Of a stretch of 64,000 bases of DNA, positions 27,701 through 38,358 are shown piece by piece. Numbering within the stretch: position 1 is the stretch's first letter; each line of letters begins with the position of its first letter. Below the pieces are notes generated by a model. The model had not been told where the DNA came from, made no database searches, and saw nothing but the letters and a program-made list of their open reading frames with translations. The position numbers and the translations under genes were made by a program. Location of the stretch: NCBI GenBank assembly GCA_963812155.1, contig CAWETW010000003.1:1024001-1088000 (forward strand), read 5' to 3'. Source of the stretch: Vulcanimicrobiota bacterium (lineage in GTDB: Bacteria > Vulcanimicrobiota > Vulcanimicrobiia > Vulcanimicrobiales > Vulcanimicrobiaceae).

Positions 27701-29072
27701 TATCGGGCGGTCTCGGGTCGAGCCGTTCGCGCGCGAAATCGGCGGCGTGCAGACGGCTGGGAATCGTTACGAAGGGGCGCGGCGGTTTCGAAAAGTCGAA
27801 ACAGTCGCTCTGCGGAGAGCTCGCGCGCGAGTCGGATGCCGCCAAGCGAGCGAGGCCGAACTGGTCTTCGACGAACTTCAAAATGCTGCCGTGCTCGTAT
27901 CGAACGTGCGAGACGTAGCCTTGCTTTGCGTATGCGGAGATGACGAGCAGGGGGACGCGCGCGCCGAGGCCGTCGTAATCGACCATCGGCGGCGGGACGT
28001 GATCGTACCAACCGCCGCCGTCGTCCCAAAACACGAAGACGGCGGTCGAATCCCAATACGGCGACTTTCCGATCGCATTGACGATCGAGGCCACCCAGTG
28101 CGGGCCGTGGTTGGAGTTGCAGGCAGCATGGTCGGAGTTCGCACAGGTCGGCGTGATCCAGGAGACGGCGGGAAGTTTTTGCGCGCTGACGTCTTTGAAG
28201 AAGCGAGTCTGCGGCGTAACGACGTCGTCTTTCCAGTCGGCACCGTAACGAATGTGCCGGATCGCCTGGTACGCGCTCCAGTTTCCCGCATCGCCGGTCT
28301 CGATCTTCGACGTGTAGTAACGCCACGAGACGCCGGCATCGTCGAGTTCGTCGCCCAGCGTCTTTCCGTCGAAGCACGCCTGGATGGGGGTGCCGTACGT
28401 GCGCCGGTTGGTCAGCGTCGCGATCGTATCTTTGGCTCCCCCGTCGCACCCCCACACATTGATGGAAGGAAAGTCGACCGAACGCTCGGCCTGCGCGGCG
28501 ATGGCGTATTGATGCGACACAAAACTGCTGGCGTCGAGATTCGACGTGAACATGCGATCGGCCAATACGTATTGTTGAGCCATCGCGACGTACGGTTTCG
28601 TCTCGGCGGACGGCACGTAGCCGTATTGCGGATCCGCGTTGGGACAGCGGGGACCGCCGATGGGGCGTCCGCAGGTAACCGCCTCTTTATCGAAGCCGTT
28701 CATCTTGCAGTGCGTGCCCGGAAGTTTGCCGGTTCCGTTGCACGCCGCGAAGAATCCCTGCGCGTCGTGTTCGATGTCCCACGGCGCCTCGAGGCCGATC
28801 GGCGCGAGCGAAACCTTCGTTCCCTCACTGGTGTAGCCGTACGACTGCGTGTCGGCTCCGGGATAGCCTTGAAACAAGTCGTCGAAGGTCCGGTTCTCCT
28901 GAATGACGATCACGACGTGCGCGATCTTTCCGCTGCCGGCATGACGATTCGCAGGCGGGAGCATCGCGCGGGCGGACCCGCCGCCCGCGCCGCCGGCACA
29001 ACCTGCCATGAAGAGCAGCGCCGCCGCCGCGATGCTACTGGTCGTCGATGGGCCGAGAATCGGGCGGCTCAC
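27693..29072 (-). CDS. Phosphoesterase (AcpA/PLC family) lipoprotein, copy 4
   Basis: MAGC lipobox; [27 protein letters not shown]. Confidence 0.9.
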   Translation of the reverse strand: MSRPILGPSTTSSIAAAALLFMAGCAGGAGGGSARAMLPPANRHAGSGKIAHVVIVIQENRTFDDLFQGYPGADTQSYGYTSEGTKVSLAPIGLEAPWDIEHDAQGFFAACNGTGKLPGTHCKMNGFDKEAVTCGRPIGGPRCPNADPQYGYVPSAETKPYVAMAQQYVLADRMFTSNLDASSFVSHQYAIAAQAERSVDFPSINVWGCDGGAKDTIATLTNRRTYGTPIQACFDGKTLGDELDDAGVSWRYYTSKIETGDAGNWSAYQAIRHIRYGADWKDDVVTPQTRFFKDVSAQKLPAVSWITPTCANSDHAACNSNHGPHWVASIVNAIGKSPYWDSTAVFVFWDDGGGWYDHVPPPMVDYDGLGARVPLLVISAYAKQGYVSHVRYEHGSILKFVEDQFGLARLAASDSRASSPQSDCFDFSKPPRPFVTIPSRLHAADFARERLDPRPPDNE

Positions 29073-30426
29073 GTTCGAAGTCGATGGCGTTCATGTGCGT
29101 GGGAATGGCGGTGAAGGGGCGCGGCTGCTGCGAGAAGTCGAAGCAATCGCCGGCCGGGGAGTTGGCGCGCTTGTCGCTGACCGAGAGGCGCGAGAGACCG
29201 AAGAGATCTTCGATGAACTTGAGGATGCTGCCGTGCTCGTACTGGACGTGCGAGACGTAGCCTTTCTTTGCGTATGGCGAAATTACGAGCAGCGGAACCC
29301 GAATGCCGAGCCCGTCGTAATCGACCATCGGCGGGGGCACGTGGTCGTACCATCCGCCGTAATCGTCCCACATCACGAAGATCGCGGTTGAGTCCCAATA
29401 TTTCGACTTCCCGATCGCGTTGACGAGCGACGCGACCCAATAGGGTCCGTGATTGGTGTCGCACTGACCGTGGTCGGAGTTTGCGCAAGTCGGCGTGACC
29501 CAACTGACCGCGGGCAGCTTGCCGGCGGTGACGTCCTTGAAGAAGCGCGTCTGCGGCGTGATGACGTCGGTCTTCCAATCCGATCCGTAGCGAATGTGAT
29601 TGATGGCTTGATACGCATTCCAAATCCCGCCCAACGCGTAGTCGACTTTCGACGTGTAGTAACGCCACGAAACGTGCGCGGTGTCGAGCTCGTCTCCCAG
29701 CGTCTGGTAGTCGAAGCAAACCGGAACTTTTTCGTTGAGCGCCCGCTGCTGCGTAATCGTCCAGATCGTGTCGGTTTGCCCGCCGTCGCAGCCCCAGACG
29801 CCTAGCGAGGGGTAATCGATCGTTGCCGCCGCCTGAGCCGCAATAAAGTACTGATGCGAGACGTAGCTGCTGGCGTCGAAGTTTGACGTGAAGGTGCGGT
29901 CCCCGAGGACGTATTGCGTCGCCATCGAGACGTACGGTTTCGTTTCGCTCGGCTTGACGTAACTGTATTGCGGATGCTGATTCGGGCACGGCGGATTGGG
30001 ATTGATGCCGCAGGTGACGATTTCTTTGTCGAAGCCGTCCATCTTACAATGCGTGCCCGGAAGCTTTCCGCTCCCGTCACAGGCTTCGTAGTATGCGGCC
30101 GAGCGATGGTCGACGTCCCACTTAATGCCGAGGTCGATCGGCTGCAGCGTAATTTTCTGGCCGGTGCTGGTGTAGCCGTACGGCTGGAAGTCGGCGCCGG
30201 GGAAGCCTTGAAAGAGATTGTCGAAGCTTCGGTTCTCCTGCACGATGACGACGACGTGAGAGATTTTGCCGGCCCCGGTGCGACCGGTGAAGGCCTGCAT
30301 GTCGCCTGGTGCGGGCATGATGCCGCCTCGCGGACCACCGCCGCATCCGGCGAGCGAAACGCATAACGCGCCGGCGAAGACGATCGAAGCGATGATGGCG
30401 AAGCGTCGCATCGTACGGTTCCTCAC
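29035..30426 (-). CDS. Phosphoesterase (AcpA/PLC family) lipoprotein, copy 5
   Basis: LAGC lipobox; [27 protein letters not shown]. Confidence 0.92.
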   Translation of the reverse strand: MRNRTMRRFAIIASIVFAGALCVSLAGCGGGPRGGIMPAPGDMQAFTGRTGAGKISHVVVIVQENRSFDNLFQGFPGADFQPYGYTSTGQKITLQPIDLGIKWDVDHRSAAYYEACDGSGKLPGTHCKMDGFDKEIVTCGINPNPPCPNQHPQYSYVKPSETKPYVSMATQYVLGDRTFTSNFDASSYVSHQYFIAAQAAATIDYPSLGVWGCDGGQTDTIWTITQQRALNEKVPVCFDYQTLGDELDTAHVSWRYYTSKVDYALGGIWNAYQAINHIRYGSDWKTDVITPQTRFFKDVTAGKLPAVSWVTPTCANSDHGQCDTNHGPYWVASLVNAIGKSKYWDSTAIFVMWDDYGGWYDHVPPPMVDYDGLGIRVPLLVISPYAKKGYVSHVQYEHGSILKFIEDLFGLSRLSVSDKRANSPAGDCFDFSQQPRPFTAIPTHMNAIDFEREPPDSRPIDDQ

Positions 30427-30428
30427 GA

Positions 30429-31796
30429 TCAGTCGTTGTCGGGCGGGCGCGGATCGTCCGACTCTCGCTCGAAGTAGGTTGCGTTCAGCGGGGATTGGAT
30501 CGGAACGAAGGCGCGCGGCTGCTGTGAGAAGTCGAAGCAGTCGGCGGCCGGGGAGTTGGCGCGTTTATCGCTGGCCGAGAGCCGGGGAAGACCGAACAAA
30601 TCCTCGACGAACTTCAAAATGCTGCCGTGCTCGTAGTGCACGTGCGAAACGTAGCCTCGTTTTGCGTACGGCGAGATGACGAGCAGCGGCACGCGGATGC
30701 CGAGGCCGTCGTAGTCGACGTATGCCGGTGCCACGTGATCGTACCACCCGCCGTAGTCGTCCCAGAAAACAAAGATCGCGGTGGAATCCCAATACTTGGA
30801 CTTTCCGACGGCGTTCACCAGCGACGCGACCCAGCTCGGACCGTGCCCGGTATTGCAGCCGGCGTGATCGGAGTTTTCACAGGTCGGCGTAACCCAACTC
30901 ACCGCGGGCAGTTTGCCTTCACGCACCGCGGTGAAGAAGCGCTTGGCGGGGTCGAGCACGTCGTTCTTCCAATCGGGCCCGTAGCGGATGTGACGGATCG
31001 CTTGATAGGCGTTCCATAAATCGCCGTCACCGTCGATGCCGGCAGTGTAGTATTTCCATGAGACGCCGGCAGTGTCGAGTTCGTCGCCCAGCGTTTGATT
31101 GTTGAAGCAGGCGACGATTTGCGGCCCGAAGGTGCGCTGCTGCGTGAGCGTGCCGATCGTATCCCTCGAGCCGCCGTCGCAGCCCCACACCGTTACGGGA
31201 AAGTCGACCGCCGAGCTGGCTTGACCGGCAATGATGTACTGGTGCGAGATGAAACTGCTGCCGTCGAGATTGGACGCGAACATCTTGTCGCCGAGCACGT
31301 ATTGCTGCGCCATCGAAAAATACGGCTTGACCTCACTCTCGGGGACGTAACCGTACTGAGGCGTCTTGCTGGGGCATGGCGGCGGCCCGTGCCCGCAGGT
31401 GACGAGTTCCTTATCGAAGCCGTTCATCCGGCACTTCGTGCCGGGTATCGATCCCGTACCGTCGCACGCCGAGATGTAGGACGCAAACGTATGATAGACG
31501 TCCCAGGGAATGGAAAGATCGGTCGGCGCGAGCGAGACCTTGGCGCCGGTGCTGGTGAACCCGTACGACTGCGTGTCGGCGCCTGGATACCCTTGGAAGA
31601 GATTGTCGAGGCTGCGATTCTCTTGAATGATGATGACCACGTGGTCGATCTTCCCGCTTCCGCTCGATGCGCGCACCGCCGCAACCGCGCTCGCCGGCGG
31701 AAGTGCGGCGGGCGGCGGGCCGCCCGGCCCGCTGCAAGCGCAGAGCGTGAAGGCGGCAACGACGAACCCTCGGCCGGCCTGCCGGTAGTGACGCAA
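30429..31796 (-). CDS. Phosphoesterase (AcpA/PLC family) lipoprotein, copy 6
   Basis: LCAC lipobox; [36 protein letters not shown]. Confidence 0.92.
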   Translation of the reverse strand: MRHYRQAGRGFVVAAFTLCACSGPGGPPPAALPPASAVAAVRASSGSGKIDHVVIIIQENRSLDNLFQGYPGADTQSYGFTSTGAKVSLAPTDLSIPWDVYHTFASYISACDGTGSIPGTKCRMNGFDKELVTCGHGPPPCPSKTPQYGYVPESEVKPYFSMAQQYVLGDKMFASNLDGSSFISHQYIIAGQASSAVDFPVTVWGCDGGSRDTIGTLTQQRTFGPQIVACFNNQTLGDELDTAGVSWKYYTAGIDGDGDLWNAYQAIRHIRYGPDWKNDVLDPAKRFFTAVREGKLPAVSWVTPTCENSDHAGCNTGHGPSWVASLVNAVGKSKYWDSTAIFVFWDDYGGWYDHVAPAYVDYDGLGIRVPLLVISPYAKRGYVSHVHYEHGSILKFVEDLFGLPRLSASDKRANSPAADCFDFSQQPRAFVPIQSPLNATYFERESDDPRPPDND

Positions 31797-31880
31797 AGGC
31801 GACTCCTCGAGTGCGAATTATGGGGCCGGGAAACCTACGACGAGCGGCGCCTCGAATCCCGGACGAGACCGTTCCGCGGT

Positions 31881-31898
31881 CTTTACATTAGCTTTACA
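31881..31898. promoter_or_regulatory. Direct repeat CTTTACA with 11-bp period (OmpR/PhoP-type box candidate)
   Basis: CTTTACAttagCTTTACA in the divergent intergenic region. Confidence 0.4.
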
Positions 31899-32042
31899 AA
31901 GATGGGGGGGCGAGCCTGCAGGTAACGCTTGCCTCGGAGCGCATTGTAGGTATCCCCCAGGTGTGGACCAGGGTCATCATCCGATTCCCGATCGAATGCA
32001 ACTGACTTTCACACTTTCATGAAAGAAAAGGGAAATTCATCA

Positions 32043-33133
32043 ATGAAGATTTCCAACTCGGCCAAGTACGTCATCGGCGTATCGGCGGCCGTTGCTCTCC
32101 TCGCCGGCTGTACGGGCAATGGCGGGACGGGCCTGACCCCCTCGAATTCTATGGCGCCGTCCGCGCATCGCACGATGGGCGCCAATCACAAAGTGAACCT
32201 TTCCGAGACGCTCGTTGTCCCGCGTAGCGTGAAAGCGAACCTCTCGCACAAGATTCAGAACGAGCACCTCGTTAAGCCCAACTGCTGCGCGCTGCAAAAG
32301 ACGCTGTTCGTGACCGACGCATTCGGCGGATCGAGCTTCACGGGCGCCGTGTACATGTTCGACTACAACTCGGGCGCTTCGCTCGGTCAAGTCGCGGCTC
32401 CGCCGGAAGGCTTCAGTGAAGTCCAGGGCGCCTGCTCCGACACCAGCGGCAACGTCTACTTCGCAAACACGGGCATGTCGACGGTCGACGAATACACCCA
32501 CAGCGGTTCGTTCGTCTCCTCCTCTCCGGATCCGGGCCAGTTCCCGGTCGGCTGTGCGTTTGACAAGTCCAGCCGGAAACCTCGCGATCATGAACATCAT
32601 CGACACGAGCGGCGGCCCCGGCAGCGTCCGCGATCGGCGGCAACACGTACTTCCCGTCCAACATGTCCCGCGTATACTTCGGTGGATACATGGGCAAGAC
32701 GGGCGTGCTGTACATCTCGGGCTCCGATTCGTCGGGCTTCTTCCAGTACGACTCGTTTAGCGGCGGCTCGTTCACGAACGTCGGCGTCCACGGCGCCAGC
32801 GTCGGCTTCCCGGGCACGGTTGCGTACTCGGCGATGAACAAGTGGATGAACGTTGGCGACCAAGACACGTTCTCGGCCCCGACCTTCTACCAGGTCGATG
32901 CCTCGGGTAACGTTCAAGGCTCGACGGTAACGGAATGCACGCAGTCCTCGGATTTCTGCGACATCGTCCAAGCGGCGATCAAGGGACCGGGAATCGTCGG
33001 AGCGGATGCAGTTCTGCTCAGCGCCAACCGTTTCGCCTATCCGGCCGGCGGCGCGCCGACGCTTAACTACCCGGCTGCTTACGTGCAGCCGATCGGTGCC
33101 ACAGTCAGCCCGAACAAGGGCGGCGGCGACTAG
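32043..33133 (+). CDS. Beta-propeller-like lipoprotein, paralog of 35872-36954, with two +1 frameshifts
   Basis: LAGC lipobox. Removing single Cs at about 32574 and 32629 restores colinearity with the paralog (HLVKPNCCALQKTLF, NIIDTSGGPGS, NMSRVY, GDQDTFSAPTFY). Confidence 0.8.
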
Positions 33134-33168
33134 CCTAACCTACCAACGTATCGGGAATCAATCGGAAA

Positions 33169-33200
33169 AACGGGCTCGCTTAGGCGAGCCCGTTCCTTTT
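33169..33200 (+). terminator. Intrinsic terminator, possibly bidirectional
   Basis: AACGGGCTCGC-TTAG-GCGAGCCCGTT then CCTTTT; A-run on the 5' side. Confidence 0.75.
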
Positions 33201-33299
33201 GTCTTTATTCGGCCCAACTCGTCGTCAGGTCGGCCCTCGATTACCGTAGTAAACTTCGGGCCGACCTTCCTAGATTTGGGGCGAATAAAGACAAAAGGA
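33194..33299. repeat. 106-bp long hairpin with perfect 18-bp terminal inverted repeats
   Basis: TCCTTTTGTCTTTATTCG / CGAATAAAGACAAAAGGA, with inner AGGTCGGCCC / GGGCCGACCT. Confidence 0.8.
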
Positions 33300-33307
33300 C
33301 GTGGCGG

Positions 33308-35740
33308 CTAGGCGAAATCGAGGGACGCTTCGCCGGCGGAGCCGAGCAATGCGAGATTGACGGCGTCGTCGGCGCTCAGCGATGCACCGGTTGCGGTCAA
33401 GGCCGACAGTTGCGCATCTGGAACGTTTGCTCGAAGCGACGCTTCAAGGCGCGTTCGCGTGGTGCTCTCGGTGTGTTCGCGCATGTAGCCCTCTCGCTCG
33501 TGCGCGGCCTCGGCGTAGCCGGCCAGCGTGGCCGCAACTTCATAGTCGGATTCGAGGGCGAAGACGAGCGCGAGGTGCTCCAGTGCGTTCGTCATGGAAT
33601 AAATGTCGGGATACAGACGATGGCCTTCGAGCAAAACCTGCCGGGCGGCTTCCTTCGCTTCACCGAGCCGTCCGGATGCGACGAGATACCCGCAAAGATT
33701 GGAGAGGCACAGTATCACGCTGACGCGATCGTCGGTCGCATGAAACTCGTCTATCGCTTGGCTAACGAGACTTACGGCTTCGCCGGTGTTGCCGCGCCAA
33801 TGCTCGTTCTCCGCCTGGTTTTGGGCGCACACGGCCGCCTCGGTGACGTCCCCGGCCGCGAGAAGCAGAGCGCGTAAGTCGCTGAAAAACATCGTGGCCG
33901 AGTCGTAGTCGCCGCTCAACGCCCACGCGGTTGCCCTCAGAAAGCGCGACCGATGGGTGGGGCCGGCGTATTGGTCGTGCGCATCGAGCGCATCCAATGC
34001 TTCGGCAACCCTGCCGCGCCGTATGAGAGCGTGCGCGTAAGCCGTCAGCGCGACGCTCAAGGCTACCCCATCGCCGGATGCGCGCGCCTCCTCGAGAGCG
34101 CGCTCTGCGGAGGTCATACAGAGATCGGGGTCGGTGTTGCAGGACGTGTAGGCGATCGTCGACCAGAGGTTCGCCGCGAGCTCGTGTTCCGTGCCTGGCA
34201 GCAGCGACGCATAGCCTTGCGCGCGCCGCAGTCCCTCGTCGTGAAGCCCCGCCCGTCTCCAGCTGACGCCGACGGCGGCCAGCAGCCGGGCGCCTTCGCA
34301 GACGTCGTGCTCGATGGCCCAGTCGAGCGCGGCGCGCACCTCTTCAAGTTCCGCCGCGAAGACGGCGTCCCGGCGGGTGGTGTTTACGGTCGACGGCGCC
34401 TCGGCCGGAACCGATCCGAAGATGCTTTGGAAGTACCGAAGATGGCATCGCGATATTACATCCCGTTCGGCCGGTTCCGATAACCGTTTGGCGTATGCGC
34501 GCGTGGATTCCAAAAGACGGAAGCGTTGCTCGCCGTCACGCGCTTCTCGTACGACCAAAGATTTATTTACGAGCGACTGCAGCGTATCGACGATCTCGAA
34601 CTCCTGGATGCTTGCATCCTTGCCGACGGCAATCGCACCCTCGAAGGTGAAACTACTGGCAAACACGGCCACGCGCCGAAGCAGCGTCCGCTCGCGCTCT
34701 TCGAGTAACTGATAGCTCCAGTCGATCGCTGCCAACAAGGTTTGCTGGCGGGCAAGCACGTCGCGCCGGCCGCCCGCCAGCAGATGAAAGCGCTCGTCAA
34801 GCCGTCGAGCGAGCTGCTGCGGAGTGAAAATCTTTACGCGCGCGGCAGCGAGTTCGATCGCGAGAGGTATGCCGTCGACGCGGCGGCAGATATCGGCGAT
34901 GACGTCGTGGTTTTCCGGCGTCAACGCAAAGGCGTCGTCGATTGCGGCCGCCCGCTCGGCAAAGAGCGTTACCGCTGCCTCGGGAGCGAGGGAAGGCATT
35001 CGAAACGTCGCTTCCCCTTGAATCTCGAGGGGTTGTCGCGAAGAAGCGAGGATCGCGAGTTGCGGACACTCCCGAAGCAATCGCGCGGCAACCGTAGCGA
35101 CGCCGGCGATGACGTGCTCGCAGTTGTCGAAAATCAAGAGGGCTTGCAAGCGCTTCAACGCTCGTCCGAGTTGCGCCAACGGATCGGCCTGGCCGATGAG
35201 CTGCACGCCCATCGCCGCGGCCACCGTGGTGGCGATGAGTTCGGCATTCGTTAGCGGTGCCAACTCGACGAACCAAACGCCGTCGGGAAATTGGTTCAGC
35301 AGGTCTTCCCCGACCTGTAGGGACGCGCGCGTCTTGCCTACGCCGCCGGCGCCCACAATCGTGACCAACCGATGGGTCGCAAGCAGGCTGGTAATCCGCG
35401 CCACTTCGTCTTCCCGCCCGACGAGATCGGAAAGCAGCGGCGGCAGATTCGTCCGCGCTTCATCCCCGCCCGCGCCCCGCGCTGCAGCGCCGGGACGGCG
35501 CCCACGGGCGTGCTCCGCCGCAGCGGTGAGTTCGTCACAGGCTTCGCCTCGTACGTCCAGCGCTTCAATCAATAACGCCAGGGTATCGCGATGGGGTGCC
35601 CGGCGGATGCCGCGCTCGTAGGCGCCCACGGCCTGAGCGCTAATTCGAGCCCGTTCCGCGAGCTGCTCTTGAGATAACCCGGCACCTACCCGTAACCGCT
35701 TGAGCAGCGTCCCGAAACTGAAAGCCTCCTGCTGCTGCAC
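33308..35740 (-). CDS. XRE-HTH + NB-ARC-like STAND ATPase + TPR-like regulator
   Basis: LSQEQLAERARIS...YERG, LVGRE, GAGGVGKT, FDNCEH, DGIPLAIELAAAR, helical C-terminus. Confidence 0.92.
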   Translation of the reverse strand: MQQQEAFSFGTLLKRLRVGAGLSQEQLAERARISAQAVGAYERGIRRAPHRDTLALLIEALDVRGEACDELTAAAEHARGRRPGAAARGAGGDEARTNLPPLLSDLVGREDEVARITSLLATHRLVTIVGAGGVGKTRASLQVGEDLLNQFPDGVWFVELAPLTNAELIATTVAAAMGVQLIGQADPLAQLGRALKRLQALLIFDNCEHVIAGVATVAARLLRECPQLAILASSRQPLEIQGEATFRMPSLAPEAAVTLFAERAAAIDDAFALTPENHDVIADICRRVDGIPLAIELAAARVKIFTPQQLARRLDERFHLLAGGRRDVLARQQTLLAAIDWSYQLLEERERTLLRRVAVFASSFTFEGAIAVGKDASIQEFEIVDTLQSLVNKSLVVREARDGEQRFRLLESTRAYAKRLSEPAERDVISRCHLRYFQSIFGSVPAEAPSTVNTTRRDAVFAAELEEVRAALDWAIEHDVCEGARLLAAVGVSWRRAGLHDEGLRRAQGYASLLPGTEHELAANLWSTIAYTSCNTDPDLCMTSAERALEEARASGDGVALSVALTAYAHALIRRGRVAEALDALDAHDQYAGPTHRSRFLRATAWALSGDYDSATMFFSDLRALLLAAGDVTEAAVCAQNQAENEHWRGNTGEAVSLVSQAIDEFHATDDRVSVILCLSNLCGYLVASGRLGEAKEAARQVLLEGHRLYPDIYSMTNALEHLALVFALESDYEVAATLAGYAEAAHEREGYMREHTESTTRTRLEASLRANVPDAQLSALTATGASLSADDAVNLALLGSAGEASLDFA

Positions 35741-35871
35741 CGGCGCCTCCGTTACGGAATTGGCAATACCGTCGAACCTACGGCGCGCTTAGCCGGTTGC
35801 CTTCTAATTGTACTGGTTAACTGTATGGGTGTCGGTGTTTTCCTCTAGCCAAAATCCGGCACGATTGGGAG

Positions 35872-36954
35872 ATGATGAGATACTTCTGCTGTGCCTGCGC
35901 CGTCGTAGCGCTTCTATCGGGTTGTTCGAGCAACGGCGGCTCGCAGATAGCGCCTTCCGGCGACTCGGTGGCTGGACCACAGCGCTCGACGATGGGCCGA
36001 AGCCACAAGGTCGAGGCTTCCGAAACGCTGGTGGTGCCCATGAGCGTCAAGCCGAATCTGAGCCGGAAAATCCGTGACGAGCACCTCGTAAAGCCGAACT
36101 GCTGTGCGCTTCAAAAGACGCTCTTTCTCGGCGACGCCTTCGGCGGCTCGAGTTTCACCGGCGCGATTTATATGTTCGACTACGTGACGGGCGTTGCGCT
36201 CGGGCAAGTCGCGGCACCGCCGGAAGGCTTCGACGAAGTGCAGGGCGGATGCTCCGACGACAACGGCAACGTGTACTTCGCGAACACGGGCACGTCGACG
36301 ATCGACGAATTCAACCATAGCGGCACCTACCTCGCGACCTTCCAAGATCCGGGAGAGTTTCCCGTCGACTGCTCGTACGATAGGTCGAGCGGCGACCTTG
36401 CGGTGTCGAACATCATCGATACGAGCGGAGGGCCCGGCAGCTTCTCGATCTTCAAAAACGGCGTATTGCAGCGCACCTACGTTCCGCCGAACATGTCGCG
36501 CGTGTACGCCGTCGCCTACGAAGGCAAGACCGGCGTACTATGGCTCGACGGCGCGGACTCGTCAGGAATCTTCGCGTTGGACACGTTTTTCGACGGGACG
36601 TTCAAGGTCATCGGCATCCACGGTGCGACCATAGGCTTCCCGGGAACGCTTCAGTGGTCGGCGCAGACCAAGACGATAGTGCTCGGCGACCAGGACACGT
36701 TCAGCGCGCCGACGTTCTACTGGATTGACGACAACGGCAACGTCGTCGGTCAGACCGTATTGGAGTGCGGCCAAACGTCGGATTTCTGCGACATCGCTCA
36801 GGCCGCCATCAAAGGGTCTGGCATCGTGGGTGGGGATGCGGTTGCCCTGACGGCGGCGAGGTTCCCGTTCTCGGCCGGAGGCGCACCGGTATTGGAATAT
36901 CCAGCGCCGTTCGTGCAGCCAATCGGTTCGGCGGTGAGCGCAAACAAGAACTAG
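35872..36954 (+). CDS. Beta-propeller-like lipoprotein
   Basis: LSGC lipobox; GNVYFAN and GDLAVSN blade-like motifs; paralog of 32043-33133. Confidence 0.8.
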   Translation: MMRYFCCACAVVALLSGCSSNGGSQIAPSGDSVAGPQRSTMGRSHKVEASETLVVPMSVKPNLSRKIRDEHLVKPNCCALQKTLFLGDAFGGSSFTGAIYMFDYVTGVALGQVAAPPEGFDEVQGGCSDDNGNVYFANTGTSTIDEFNHSGTYLATFQDPGEFPVDCSYDRSSGDLAVSNIIDTSGGPGSFSIFKNGVLQRTYVPPNMSRVYAVAYEGKTGVLWLDGADSSGIFALDTFFDGTFKVIGIHGATIGFPGTLQWSAQTKTIVLGDQDTFSAPTFYWIDDNGNVVGQTVLECGQTSDFCDIAQAAIKGSGIVGGDAVALTAARFPFSAGGAPVLEYPAPFVQPIGSAVSANKN

Positions 36955-36960
36955 CAGCGC

Positions 36961-38349
36961 TTATTCGGTGTCGACGGGGCCGTAGGACGGCGGGCGGTGC
37001 AGAAAGTAATCGCGCCCTTCTTGCGACGGAATCACTTTGAAGTGGCGCGCTCTTTGGTTGAAGTGGAAGATGTCGCCGATCGATTTGGCGCGCACGTCGG
37101 TCGTTCCGAGCGAGCCGAGATGGAATGTCCCCTCGACGAACTTCAGGATGCTGCCGAACTCGTATTGCGTGTGCGAGATCGTGCCGGGCGCAACGTACGG
37201 TGAGATGACGAGCATCGGCACGCGGAAGCCGAGGCCGCCCGCGTTGTCGAAAAATGCCGGCGGAACGTGATCGTACCAGCCGCCCCAGTCGTCCCAGACG
37301 ACGACGATAACGGTGGAGTTCCAGTAACTGCTCGTGCCGATCGCATTGACGACCGATGCGACCCACGCAGGGCCGGTGTATTTGCCGGTCTTCGTGTGCG
37401 CGTGGTCGGAATCGACTTGATCGGGAATCACCCAGGAGACCGCCGGCAGTTGTGAATTCGTGACGTCGTTCAAGATGTTCGTTTCGGGCATCGAAATGTT
37501 CGTCGCCCACTCGGGGCCGTTGTAGACCGCGTCGATGGCGGCAAAGGCATTCCACAGCACGCCGACGGTATTGGGCTTATGCGGCGGCGCGTAGTATTTC
37601 CACGAAACGTGCTTGGCGTCGAGGAGATCGCGCATCGTGCCCGTCGAGTAGGTCAAGCACGGAAAGGGACCGCCATCTTGCAGATATTGGCCGGTTTTGG
37701 TCAACATCGGCGTCACCGTGCCGGTTTTTGCGTTGCAGCCCCAGTTGTTACTCGAGGGATAGTCGATGAGGCTGCCGATGTGGTTGTTGTACACCTGGTG
37801 CGTCGTGCCGGCAATCAGATCTTGATGGGCGGTAAAGCTCCCGCTGCCTTGGGTTTGGAACATGTTGTCGGCGAGGGCGTACTCTTGAGCCAGCGTCCAG
37901 TACTGTTGAATCTGCGACGGATCCACGTACTGATAGGGATAGAGGCCCGCGGGGTTGTTGCCGTTGATGCCCTCGAGGTTAAAACCGTCCATGCCGCCAT
38001 TGTCGTAGGCGCCGATGTAGGGCTGATAGCCGTGATTGATATCGAGGCCGGCGAGCGTGGTCTGCGTGAGCGGCGTTTGCGTGCGAACGTATTTGGCGCC
38101 GACTTTCTTCAAATAGTAGCCCGTCGTCGTGCCGTTGGCCCCCGGAAACGTCGCGAAGAAGTTGTCGAAGCTGCGGTTCTCTTGAATCATGATGACGACG
38201 TGCTGGATGGGGGTCGTCGCAGGACGAACGGCGCCCGCTCGCGTGCCGGCAGCCGCCGGAATAGACGGCGGCGCCCCGGATCCGCCGGCGCACGCCGCGA
38301 GGCCGGGCGTAAGCGCGAGCGCGGCGATGACTGCACGTCGGGCGATCAT
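36961..38349 (-). CDS. Phosphoesterase (AcpA/PLC family) lipoprotein, copy 7
   Basis: LAAC lipobox; QENRSFD, GSFTAHQ, SDH, WDDWGGWYDH; AGGAG RBS. Confidence 0.92.
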   Translation of the reverse strand: MIARRAVIAALALTPGLAACAGGSGAPPSIPAAAGTRAGAVRPATTPIQHVVIMIQENRSFDNFFATFPGANGTTTGYYLKKVGAKYVRTQTPLTQTTLAGLDINHGYQPYIGAYDNGGMDGFNLEGINGNNPAGLYPYQYVDPSQIQQYWTLAQEYALADNMFQTQGSGSFTAHQDLIAGTTHQVYNNHIGSLIDYPSSNNWGCNAKTGTVTPMLTKTGQYLQDGGPFPCLTYSTGTMRDLLDAKHVSWKYYAPPHKPNTVGVLWNAFAAIDAVYNGPEWATNISMPETNILNDVTNSQLPAVSWVIPDQVDSDHAHTKTGKYTGPAWVASVVNAIGTSSYWNSTVIVVVWDDWGGWYDHVPPAFFDNAGGLGFRVPMLVISPYVAPGTISHTQYEFGSILKFVEGTFHLGSLGTTDVRAKSIGDIFHFNQRARHFKVIPSQEGRDYFLHRPPSYGPVDTE

Positions 38350-38358
38350 GAACTGCTC

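Noticed and set aside
33308..35740. Avs-type antiphage STAND protein
   Set aside because: The N-terminus is an XRE HTH, not a nuclease, TIR or SIR2 effector; the architecture fits common transcriptional regulators.
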